Assembly (NCBI GenBank): GCA_964057225.1
Contig: OZ059900.1
Coordinates: 3,348,001-3,412,000 of the forward strand
Source of the DNA: Auanema rhodensis
Taxonomy: Eukaryota > Animalia > Nematoda
Length of the DNA: 64,000 nt
Direction: 5' to 3'
Each line of letters opens with the position of its first letter. Position 1 is the stretch's first letter. Below are positions 1-13,500 of the stretch, in pieces. Under the pieces are notes generated by a model that was not told the origin of the DNA, did not search any database, and saw nothing but the letters and a program-made list of their open reading frames with translations. The translations under genes and the position numbers were made by a program.

Positions 1-1552
1 TAAATTTCAAAAATTCTTTCTATTTTCGACCTTTTTTGATCAAAATGAATATATATCAGTGCATGCTCATAAAAATAGACTGATTTTGTGTATTGTATGT
101 TTGATTCTCAAATCTTAACGAATATGATCAAAATTTACGAGTATTACAGATTTTGTACCAAAAATCGGTGAGTATATGGTGTTAAAGGCATAAAAACGAC
201 CATACTTAGTGTAGTAATGCTATTTGAGCGAAATTCAGTATTTAAACATCACTAGCGTTTAATTAATGACTTTTGTTGTTGTAGACAATAAAACTATGCT
301 TTTGATCATATATATGAGCGATTTAGCCAAATTGGACTCAAAACTCGGAAATTTCAAAAATTCTTTCTATTTTCGACCTTTTTTGATCAAAATGAATATA
401 TATCAGTGCAAGCTCATAAAAATAGACTGATTTTGTGTATTGTGTGTTTGATTCTCAAATCTTAACAAATATGATCAAAATTTACGAGTATTACAGATTT
501 TGTACCAAAAATCGGTGAGTATATGGTGTTAAAGGCATAAAAACGACCATACTTAGTGTAGTAATGCTATTTGAGCGAAATTTAGTGATTTAAACATCAT
601 TAGTGTTTAATTAATGACTTTTGTTGTCATAGACAATAAAACTATGCTTTTGATCATATATATGAGCGATTTAGCCAAATTGGACTCAAAACTCGGAAAT
701 TTCAAAAATTCTTTCTATTTTCGACCTTTTTTGATCAAAATGAATATATATCAGTGCAAGCTCATAAAAATAGACTGATTTTGTGTATTGTGTGTTTGAT
801 TCTCAAATCTTAACGAATATGATCAAAATTTACGAGTATTACAGATTTTGTAATAAAAATCGGTGAGTATATGGTGTTAAAGGCATAAAAACGACCATAC
901 TTAGTGTAGTAATGCTATTTGAGCGAAAATCAGTATTTAAACATCACTAGCGTTTAATTGATGACTTTTGTTGTTATAGACAATAAAACTATGCTTTTGA
1001 TCATATATATGAGCGATTTAGCCAAATTCGACTCAAAACTCGGACATTTCCAAAATTCTTTCTATTTTCGACCTTTTTTGATCAAAATGAATATATATCA
1101 GTGCAAACTCATAAAAATAGACTGATTTTGTGTATTGTGTGTTTGATTCTCAAATCTTAACAAATATGATCAAAATTTACAAGTATTACAGATTTTGTAC
1201 CAAAAATCGGTGAGTATATGGTGTTAAAGGCATAAAAACGACCATACTTAGTGTAGTAATGCTATTTGAGCGAAAATCAGTATTTAAACATCACTAGCGT
1301 TTAATTGATGACTTTTGTTGTTATAGACAATAAAACTATGCTTTTGATCATATATATGAGCGATTTAGCCAAATTCGACTCAAAACTCGGACATTTCCAA
1401 AATTCTTTCTATTTTCGACCTTTTTTGATCAAAATGAATATATATCAGTGCAAACTCATAAAAATAGACTGATTTTGTGTATTGTGTGTTTGATTCTCAA
1501 ATCTTAACAAATATGATCAAAATTTACAAGTATTACAGATTTTGTACCAAAA
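1..1552 (+). repeat. Satellite block 1, forward orientation (about 4.5 monomers)
   Basis: Reads ...GATTTTGTACCAAAAATCGGTGAG... on the + strand and ends at GTACCAAAA (1552). Confidence 0.97.
1506..1552. other. Inversion junction A (+ to -), 45-nt spacer between inverted arms, 2-nt AA microhomology; repeated at 19309-19355
   Basis: ...TTTTGTACCAA[AA]GATTTGAGAATC... The arm TGATTCTCAAATCTT ends at 1505 and its reverse complement starts at 1551. Confidence 0.93.
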
Positions 1553-4500
1553 GATTTGAGAATCAAACATACAATACACAAAATCAGTCTATTTTTATGA
1601 GCTTGCACTGATATATATTCATTTTGATCAAAAAAGGTCGAAAAAAGAAAGAATTTTTGAAATTTCCGAGTTTTGAGTCTAATTTGGCTAAATCGCTCAT
1701 ATATATGATCAGAAGCATAGTTTTATTGTCTATAACAACAAAAGTCATCAATTAAACGCTAGTGATGTTTTAATACTGATTTTCGCTCAAATAGCATTAC
1801 TACACTAAGTATGGTCGTTTTTATGCCTTTAACACCATATACTCACCGATTTTTGGTACAAAATCTGTAATACTCGTAAATTTTGATCATATTCGTTAAG
1901 ATTTGAAAATCAAACACACAATAAACAAAATCAGTTTCTTTTTATGAGTTTGCACTGATATATATTCATTTTGATCAAAAAAGGTCGAAAATAGAAAGAA
2001 TTTTTGAATTTTCCGAGTTTTGAGTCCAATTTGGCTAAATCGCTCATATATATGATCAAAAGCATAGTTTTATTGTCTATAACAACAAAAGTCATTAATT
2101 GAACACTAATGATGTTTAAATCACTAAATTTCGCTCAAATAGCATTACTACACTAAGTATGGTCGTTTTTATGCCTTTTACACCATATACTCACCGATTT
2201 TTGGTACAAAATCTGTAATACTCGTAAATTTTGATCATATTCGTTAAGATTTGAGAATCAAACACACAATACACAAAATCAGTCTATTTTTATGAGCTTG
2301 CACTGATATATATTCATTTTGATCAAAAAAGGTCGAAAAAAGAAAGAATTTTTGAAATTTCCGAGTTTTGAGTCCAATTTGGCTAAATCGCTCATATATA
2401 TGATCAAGAGCATAGTTTTATTGTCTATAACAACAAAAGTCATCAATTAAACGCTAGTGATGTTTAAATACTGATTTTCGCTCAAATAGCATTACTACAC
2501 TAAGTATGGTCGTTTTTATGCCTTTAACACCATATACTCACCGATTTTTGGTACAAAATCTGTAATATTCGTAAATTTTGATCATATTCGTTAAGATTTG
2601 AGAATCAAACATACAATACACAAAATCAGTCTATTTTTATGAGCTTGCACTGATATATATTCATTTTGATCAAAAAAGGTCGAAAAAAGAAAGAATTTTT
2701 GAAATTTCCGAGTTTTGAGTCCAATTTGGCTAAATCGCTCATATATATGATCAAGAGCATAGTTTTATTGTCTATAACAACAAAAGTCATCAATTAAACG
2801 CTAGTGATGTTTTAATACTGAATTTCGCTCAAATAGCATTACTACACTAAGTATGGTCGTTTTTATGCCTTTAACACCATATACTCACCGATTTTTGGTA
2901 CAAAATCTGTAATACTTGTAAATTTTGATCATATTTGTTAAGATTTGAGAATCAAACACACAAGACACAAAATCAGTCTATTTTTATGAGCTTGCACTGA
3001 TATATATTCATTTTGATCAAAAAAGGTCGAAAATAGAAAGAATTTTTGAAATTTCCGAGTTTTGAGTCCAATTTGGCTAAATCGCTCATATATATGATCA
3101 AAAGCATAGTTTTATTGTCTATAACAACAAAAGTCATCAATTAAACGCTAGTGATGTTTAAATACTGAATTTCGCTCAAATAGCATTACTACACTAAGTA
3201 TGGTCGTTTTTATGCCTTTAACACCATATACTCACCGATTTTTGGTACAAAATCTGTAATACTCGTAAATTTTGATCATATTCGTTAAGATTTGAGAATC
3301 AAACACACAATACACAAAATAAGTCTATTTTTATGAGTTTGCACTGATATATATTCATTTTGATCAAAAAAGGTCGAAAATAGAAAGAATTTTTGAAATT
3401 TCCGAGTTTTGAGTCCAATTTGGCTAAATCGCTCATATATATGATCAAAAGCATAGTTTTATTGTCTATAACAACAAAAGTCATCAATTAAACGCTAGTG
3501 ATGTTTAAATACTGAATTTCGCTCAAATAGCATTACTACACTAAGTATGGTCGTTTTTATGCCTTTAACACCATATACTCACCGATTTTTGGTACAAAAT
3601 CTGTAATACTCGTAAATTTTGATCATATTCGTTAAGATTTGAGAATCAAACATACAATACACGAAATCAGTCTATTGTTATGAGCTTGCACTGATATATA
3701 TTCATTTTGATCAAAAAAGGTCGAAAATAGAAAGAATTTTTGAAATTTCCGAGTTTTGAGTCTAATTTGGCTAAATCGCTCATATATATGATCAGAAGCA
3801 TAGTTTTATTGTCTATGACAACAAAAGTCATCAATTAAACGCTAGTGATGTTTAAATACTGATTTTCGCTCAAATAGCATTACTACACTAAGTATGGTCG
3901 TTTTTATGCCTTTAACACCATATACTCACCGATTTTTGGTACAAAATCTGTAATACTCGTAAATTTTGATCATATTCGTTAAGATTTGAGAATCAAACAC
4001 ACAATACACAAAATCAGTCTATTTTTATGAGCTTGCACTGATATATATTCATTTTGATCAAAAAAGGTCGAAAAAAGAAAGAATTTTTGAAATTTCCGAG
4101 TTTTGAGTCCAATTTGGCTAAATCGCTCATATATATGATCAAAAGCATAGTTTTATTGTCTATAACAACAAAAGTCATCAATTAAACGCTAGTGATGTTT
4201 AAATACTGATTTTCGCTCAAATAGCATTACTACACTAAGTATGGTCGTTTTTATGCCTTTAACACCATATACTCACCGATTTTTGGTACAAAATCTGTAA
4301 TACTTGTAAATTTTGATCATATTCGTTAAGATTTGAGAATCAAACATACAATACACGAAATCAGTCTATTTTTATGAGCTTGCACTGATATATATTCATT
4401 TTGATCAAAAAAGGTCGAAAATAGAAAGAATTTTTGAAATGTCCGAGTTTTGAGTCTAATTTGGCTAAATCGCTCATATATATGATCAAAAGCATAGTTT

Positions 4501-7500
4501 TATTGTCTATAACAACAAAAGTCATCAATTAAACGCTAGTGATGTTTAAATACTGATTTTCGCTCAAATAGCATTACTACACTAAGTATGGTCGTTTTTA
4601 TGCCTTTAACACCATATACTCACCGATTTTTGGTACAAAATCTGTAATACTCGTAAATTTTGATCATATTCGTTAAGATTTGAGAATCAAACACACAATA
4701 CACAAAATCAGTCTATTTTTATGAGCTTGCACTGATATATATTCATTTTGATCAAAAAAGGTCGAAAATAGAAAGAATTTTTGAAATTTCCGAGTTTTGA
4801 GTCCAATTTGGCTAAATCGCTCATATATATGATCAAAAGCATAGTTTTATTGTCTATAACAACAAAAGTCATCAATTAAACGCTAGTGATGTTTAAATAC
4901 TGAATTTCGCTCAAATAGCATTACTACACTAAGTATGGTCGTTTTTATGCCTTTAACACCATATACTCACCGATTTTTGGTACAAAATCTGTAATACTTG
5001 TAAATTTTGATCATATTCGTTAAGATTTGAGAATCAAACATACAATACACGAAATCAGTCTATTTTTATGAGCTTGCACTGATATATATTCATTTTGATC
5101 AAAAAAGGTCGAAAATAGAAAGAATTTTTGAAATGTCCGAGTTTTGAGTCTAATTTGGCTAAATCGCTCATATATATGATCAAAAGCATAGTTTTATTGT
5201 CTATAACAACAAAAGTCATCAATTAAACGCTAGTGATGTTTAAATACTGATTTTCGCTCAAATAGCATTACTACACTAAGTATGGTCGTTTTTATGCCTT
5301 TAACACCATATACTCACCGATTTTTGGTACAAAATCTGTAATACTCGTAAATTTTGATCATATTCGTTAAGATTTGAGAATCAAACACACAATACACAAA
5401 ATCAGTCTATTTTTATGAGCTTGCACTGATATATATTCATTTTGATCGAAAAAGGTCGAAAATAGAAAGAATTTTTGAAATTTCCGAGTTTTGAGTCCAA
5501 TTTGGCTAAATCGCTCATATATATGATCAAAAGCATAGTTTTAATGTCTATAACAACAAAAGTCATCAATTAAACGCTAGTGATGTTTAAATACTGAATT
5601 TCGCTCAAATAGCATTACTACACTAAGTATGGTCGTTTTTATGCCTTTAACACCATATACTCACCGATTTTTGGTACAAAATCTGTAATACTCGTAAATT
5701 TTGATCATATTCGTTAAGATTTGAGAATCAAACACACAATACACAAAATCAGTCTATTTTTATGAGCTTGCACTGATATATATTCATTTTGATCAAAAAA
5801 GGTCGAAAAAAGAAAGAATTTTTGAAATTTCCGAGTTTTGAGTCCAATTTGGCTAAATCGCTCATATATATGATCAAAAGCATAGTTTTATTGTCTATAA
5901 CAACAAAAGTCATCAATTAAACGCTAGTGATGTTTAAATACTGAATTTCGCTCAAATAGCATTACTACACTAAGTATGGTCGTTTTTATGCCTTTAACAC
6001 CATATACTCACCGATTTTTGGTACAAAATCTGTAATACTTGTAAATTTTGATCATATTTGTTAAGATTTGAGAATCAAACACACAATACACAAAATCAGT
6101 CTATTTTTATGAGCTTGCACTGATATATATTCATTTTGATCAAAAAAGGTCGAAAAAAGAAAGAATTTTTGAAATTTCCGAGTTTTGAGTCCAATTTGGC
6201 TAAATCGCTCATATATATGATCAAAAGCATAGTTTTATTGTCTATAACAACAAAAGTCATCAATTAAACGCTAGTGATGTTTAAATACTGAATTTCGCTC
6301 AAATAGCATTACTACACTAAGTATGGTCGTTTTTATGCCTTTAACACCATATACTCACCGATTTTTGGTACAAAATCTGTAATACTTGTAAATTTTGATC
6401 ATATTTGTTAAGATTTGAGAATCAAACATACAATACACAAAATCAGTCTATTTTTATGAGCTTGCACTGATATATATTCATTTTGATCAAAAAAGGTCGA
6501 AAATAGAAAGAATTTTGGAAATGTCCGAGTTTTGAGTCTAATTTGGCTAAATCGCTCATATATATGATCAAAAGCATAGTTTTATTGTCTATGACAACAA
6601 AAGTCATCAATTAAACGCTAGTGATGTTTAAATACTGAATTTCGCTCAAATAGCATTACTACACTAAGTATGGTCGTTTTTATGCCTTTAACACCATATA
6701 CTCACCGATTTTTGGTACAAAATCTGTAATACTTGTAAATTTTGATCATATTTGTTAAGATTTGAGAATCAAACACACAATACACAAAATCAGTCTATTT
6801 TTATGAGTTTGTACTGATATATATTCATTTTGATCAAAAAAGGTCGAAAATAGAAAGAATTTTTGAAATGTCCGAGTTTTGAGTCCAATTTGGCTAAATC
6901 GCTCATATATATGATCAAAAGCATAGTTTTATTGTCTATAACAACAAAAGTCATTAATTAAACACTAATGATGTTTAAATCACTAAATTTCGCTCAAATA
7001 GCATTACTACACTAAGTATGGTCGTTTTTATGCCTTTAACACCATATACTCACCGATTTTTGGTACAAAATCTGTAATACTCGTAAATTTTGATCATATT
7101 TGTTAAGATTTGAAAATCAAACACACAATAAACAAAATCAGTCTATTTTTATGAGTTTGCACTGATATATATTCATTTTGATCAAAAAAGGTCGAAAATA
7201 GAAAGAATTTTTGAATTTTCCGAGTTTTGAGTCCAATTGGGCTAAATCGCTCATATATATGATCAAAAGCATAGTTTTATTGTCTATAACAACAAAAGTC
7301 ATTAATTAAACACTAATGATGTTTAAATCACTAAATTTCGCTCAAATAGCATTACTACACTAAGTATGGTCGTTTTTATGCCTTTAACACCATATACTCA
7401 CCGATTTTTGGTACAAAATCTGTAATACTCGTAAATTTTGATCATATTCGTTAAGATTTGAGAATCAAACACACAATACACAAAATCAGTCTATTTTTAT

Positions 7501-10500
7501 GAGCTTGCACTGATTTATATTCATTTTGATCAAAAAAGGTCGAAAAAAGAAAGAATTTTTGAAATTTCCGAGTTTTGAGTCCAATTTGGCTAAATCGCTC
7601 ATATATATGATCAAAAGCATAGTTTTATTGTCTATAACAACAAAAGTCATCAATTAAACGCTAGTGATGTTTAAATACTGAATTTCGCTCAAATAGCATT
7701 ACTACACTAAGTATGGTCGTTTTTATGCCTTTAACACCATATACTCACCGATTTTTGGTACAAAATCTGTAATACTTGTAAATTTTGATCATATTTGTTA
7801 AGATTTGAGAATCAAACACACAATACACAAAATCAGTCTATTTTTATGAGCTTGCACTGATATATATTCATTTTGATCAAAAAAGGTCGAAAAAAGAAAG
7901 AATTTTTGAAATTTCCGAGTTTTGAGTCCAATTTGGCTAAATCGCTCATATATATGATCAAAAGCATAGTTTTATTGTCTATAACAACAAAAGTCATCAA
8001 TTAAACGCTAGTGATGTTTAAATACTGAATTTCGCTCAAATAGCATTACTACACTAAGTATGGTCGTTTTTATGCCTTTAACACCATATACTCACCGATT
8101 TTTGGTACAAAATCTGTAATACTTGTAAATTTTGATCATATTTGTTAAGATTTGAGAATCAAACATACAATACACAAAATCAGTCTATTTTTATGAGCTT
8201 GCACTGATATATATTCATTTTGATCAAAAAAGGTCGAAAATAGAAAGAATTTTGGAAATGTCCGAGTTTTGAGTCTAATTTGGCTAAATCGCTCATATAT
8301 ATGATCAAAAGCATAGTTTTATTGTCTATGACAACAAAAGTCATCAATTAAACGCTAGTGATGTTTAAATACTGAATTTCGCTCAAATAGCATTACTACA
8401 CTAAGTATGGTCGTTTTTATGCCTTTAACACCATATACTCACCGATTTTTGGTACAAAATCTGTAATACTTGTAAATTTTGATCATATTTGTTAAGATTT
8501 GAGAATCAAACACACAATACACAAAATCAGTCTATTTTTATGAGTTTGTACTGATATATATTCACTTTGATCAAAAAAGGTCGAAAATAGAAAGAATTTT
8601 TGAAATGTCCGAGTTTTGAGTCCAATTTGGCTAAATCGCTCATATATATGATCAAAAGCATAGTTTTATTGTCTATAACAACAAAAGTCATTAATTAAAC
8701 ACTAATGATGTTTAAATCACTAAATTTCGCTCAAATAGCATTACTACACTAAGTATGGTCGTTTTTATGCCTTTAACACCATATACTCACCGATTTTTGG
8801 TACAAAATCTGTAATACTCGTAAATTTTGATCATATTCGTTAAGATTTGAGAATCAAACACACAATACACAAAATCAGTCTATTTTTATGAGCTTGCACT
8901 GATATATATTCATTTTGATCAAAAAAGGTCGAAAAAAGAAAGAATTTTTGAAATTTCCGAGTTTTGAGTCCAATTTGGCTAAATCGCTCATATATATGAT
9001 CAAAAGCATAGTTTTATTGTCTATAACAACAAAAGTCATCAATTAAACGCTAGTGATGTTTAAATACTGATTTTCGCTCAAATAGCATTACTACACTAAG
9101 TATGGTCGTTTTTATGCCTTTAACACCATATACTCACCGATTTTTGGTACAAAATCTGTAATACTTGTAAATTTTGATCATATTTGTTAAGATTTGAGAA
9201 TCAAACACACAATAAACAAAATCAGTCTATTTTTATGAGTTTGCACTGATATATATTCACTTTGATCAAAAAAGGTCGAAAATAGAAAGAATTTTTGAAT
9301 TTTCCGAGTTTTGAGTCCAATTTGGCTAAATCGCTCATATATATGATCAAAAGCATAGTTTTATTGTCTATAACAACAAAAGTCATTAATTAAACACTAA
9401 TGATGTTTAAATCACTAAATTTCGCTCAAATAGCATTACTACACTAAGTATGGTCGTTTTTATGCCTTTAACACCATATACTCACCGATTTTTGGTACAA
9501 AATCTGTAATACTCGTAAATTTTGATCATATTCGTTAAGATTTGAGAATCAAACATACAATACACAAAATCAGTCTATTTTTATGAGCTTGCACTGATAT
9601 ATATTCATTTTGATCAAAAAAGGTCGAAAAAAGAAAGAATTTTTGAAATTTCCGAGTTTTGAGTCCAATTTGGCTAAATCGCTCATATATATGATCAAAA
9701 GCATAGTTTTATTGTCTATAACAACAAAAGTCATCAATTAAACGCTAGTGATGTTTAAATACTGAATTTCGCTCAAATAGCATTACTACACTAAGTATGG
9801 TCGTTTTTATGCCTTTAACACCATATACTCACCGATTTTTGGTACAAAATCTGTAATACTTGTAAATTTTGATCATATTTGTTAAGATTTGAGAATCAAA
9901 CATACAATACACAAAATCAGTCTATTTTTATGAGCTTGCACTGATATATATTCATTTTGATCAAAAAAGGTCGAAAATAGAAAGAATTTTGGAAATGTCC
10001 GAGTTTTGAGTCTAATTTGGCTAAATCGCTCATATATATGATCAAAAGCATAGTTTTATTGTCTATGACAACAAAAGTCATCAATTAAACGCTAGTGATG
10101 TTTAAATACTGAATTTCGCTCAAATAGCATTACTACACTAAGTATGGTCGTTTTTATGCCTTTAACACCATATACTCACCGATTTTTGGTACAAAATCTG
10201 TAATACTTGTAAATTTTGATCATATTTGTTAAGATTTGAGAATCAAACACACAATACACAAAAGAAGTCTATTTTTATGAGTTTGTACTGATATATATTC
10301 ACTTTGATCAAAAAAGGTCGAAAATAGAAAGAATTTTTGAAATGTCCGAGTTTTGAGTCCAATTTGGCTAAATCGCTCATATATATGATCAAAAGCATAG
10401 TTTTATTGTCTATAACAACAAAAGTCATCAATTAAACGCTAGTGATGTTTAAATACTGAATTTCGCTCAAATAGCATTACTACACTAAGTATGGTCGTTT

Positions 10501-13500
10501 TTATGCCTTAACACCATATACTCACCGATTTTTGGTACAAAATCTGTAATACTCGTAAATTTTGATCATATTCGTTAAGATTTGAGAATCAAACATACAA
10601 TACACAAAATCAGTCTATTTTTATGAGCTTGCACTGATATATATTCATTTTGATCAAAAAAGGTCGAAAAAAGAAAGAATTTTTGAAATTTCCGAGTTTT
10701 GAGTCTAATTTGGCTAAATCGCTCATATATATGATCAGAAGCATAGTTTTATTGTCTATAACAACAAAAGTCATCAATTAAACGCTAGTGATGTTTTAAT
10801 ACTGATTTTCGCTCAAATAGCATTACTACACTAAGTATGGTCGTTTTTATGCCTTTAACACCATATACTCACCGATTTTTGGTACAAAATCTGTAATACT
10901 CGTAAATTTTGATCATATTCGTTAAGATTTGAAAATCAAACACACAATAAACAAAATCAGTTTATTTTTATGAGTTTGCACTGATATATATTCATTTTGA
11001 TCAAAAAAGGTCGAAAATAGAAAGAATTTTTGAATTTTCCGAGTTTTGAGTCCAATTTGGCTAAATCGCTCATATATATGATCAAAAGCATAGTTTTATT
11101 GTCTATAACAACAAAAGTCATTAATTAAACACTAATGATGTTTAAATCACTAAATTTCGCTCAAATAGCACTACTACACTAAGTATGGTCGTTTTTATGC
11201 CTTTAACACCATATACTCACCGATTTTTGGTACAAAATCTGTAATACTCGTAAATTTTGATCATATTCGTTAAGATTTGAGAATCAAACACACAATACAC
11301 AAAATCAGTCTATTTTTATGAGCTTGCACTGATATATATTCATTTTGATCAAAAAAGGTCGAAAAAAGAAAGAATTTTTGAAATTTCCGAGTTTTGAGTC
11401 CAATTTGGCTAAATCGCTCATATATATGATCAAAAGCATAGTTTTATTGTCTATAACAACAAAAGTCATCAATTAAACGCTAGTGATGTTTAAATACTGA
11501 TTTTCGCTCAAATAGCATTACTACACTAAGTATGGTCGTTTTTATGCCTTTAACACCATATACTCACCGATTTTTGGTACAAAATCTGTAATACTTGTAA
11601 ATTTTGATCATATTTGTTAAGATTTGAGAATCAAACACACAATAAACAAAATCAGTCTATTTTTATGAGCTTGCACTGATATATATTCATTTTGATCAAA
11701 AAAGGTCGAAAATAGAAAGAATTTTTGAAATTTCCGAGTTTTGAGTCCAATTTGGCTAAATTGCTCATATATATGATCAAAAGCATAGTTTTATTGTCTA
11801 TAACAACAAAAGTCATCAATTAAACGCTAGTGATGTTTAAATACTGAATTTCGCTCAAATAGCATAACTACACTAAGTATGGTCGTTTTTATGCCTTTAA
11901 CACCATATACTCACCGATTTTTGGTACAAAATCTGTAATACTCGTAAATTTTGCTCATATTCGTTAAGATTTGAGAATCAAACATACAATACACGAAATC
12001 AGTCTATTTTTATGAGCTTGCACTGATATATATTCATTTTGATCAAAAAAGGTCGAAAATAGAAAGAATTTTTGAAATTTCCGAGTTTTGAGTCTAATTT
12101 GGCTAAATCGCTCATATATATGATCAAAAGCATAGTTTTATTGTCTATGACAACAAAAGTCATCAATTAAACGCTAGTGATGTTTAAATACTGAATTTCG
12201 ATCAAATAGCATTACTACACTAAGTATGGTCGTTTTTATGCCTTTAACACCATATACTCACCGATTTTTGGTACAAAATCTGTAATACTCGTAAATTTTG
12301 ATCATATTCGTTAAGATTTGAGAATCAAACACACAATACACAAAATCAGTCTATTTTTATGAGTTTGCACTGATATATATTCATTTTGATCAAAAAAGGT
12401 CGAAAATAGAAAGAATTTTTGAAATTTCCGAGTTTTGAGTCCAATTTGGCTAAATCGCTCATATATATGATCAAAAGCATAGTTTTATTGTCTATAACAA
12501 CAAAAGTCATCAATTAAACGCTAGTGATGTTTAAATACTGAATTTCGATCAAATAGCATTACTACACTAAGTATGGTCGTTTTTATGCCTTTAACACCAT
12601 ATACTCACCGATTTTTGGTACAAAATCTGTAATACTCGTAAATTTTGATCATATTCGTTAAGATTTGAGAATCAAACACACAATACACAAAATCAGTCTA
12701 TTTTTATGAGTTTGCACTGATATATATTCATTTTGATCAAAAAAGGTCGAAAATAGAAAGAATTTTTGAAATTTCCGAGTTTTGAGTCCAATTTGGCTAA
12801 ATCGCTCATATATATGATCAAAAGCATAGTTTTATTGTCTATAACAACAAAAGTCATCAATTAAACGCTAGTGATGTTTAAATACTGAATTTCGCCCAAA
12901 TAGCATTACTACACTAAGTATGGTCGTTTTTATGCCTTTAACACCATATACTCACCGATTTTTGGTACAAAATCTGTAATACTCGTAAATTTTGATCATA
13001 TTCGTTAAGATTTGAGAATCAAACATACAATACACGAAATCAGTCTATTGTTATGAGCTTGCACTGATATATATTCATTTTGATCAAAAAAGGTCGAAAA
13101 TAGAAAGAATTTTTGAAATTTCCGAGTTTTGAGTCTAATTTGGCTAAATCGCTCATATATATGATCAGAAGCATAGTTTTATTGTCTATGACAACAAAAG
13201 TCATCAATTAAACGCTAGTGATGTTTTAATACTGAATTTCGCTCAAATAGCATTACTACACTAAGTATGGTCGTTTTTATGCCTTTAACACCATATACTC
13301 ACCGATTTTTGGTACAAAATCTGTAATACTCGTAAATTTTGATCATATTCGTTAAGATTTGAGAATCAAACACACAATACACAAAATCAGTCTATTTTTA
13401 TGAGCTTGCACTGATATATATTCATTTTGATCAAAAAAGGTCGAAAATAGAAAGAATTTTTGAATTTTCCGAGTTTTGAGTCCAATTGGGCTAAATCGCT

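Noticed and set aside
165-175. GGTGAGT, a match to the 5' splice donor consensus, in each monomer
   Set aside because: A short motif propagated by the repeat, with no exon or transcript evidence.
190-235. Possible CENP-B box-like motif around the CG-containing core
   Set aside because: I could not find the canonical TTCG-N4-A-N2-CGGG pattern; the monomer has no CGGG on either strand.
37-384. About 87-bp tetrameric substructure suggested by TGATCA spacing of 88, 178 and 81 bp
   Set aside because: The expected fourth site near 212 is absent and I could not align the quarters convincingly. Only the dimer structure is supported.
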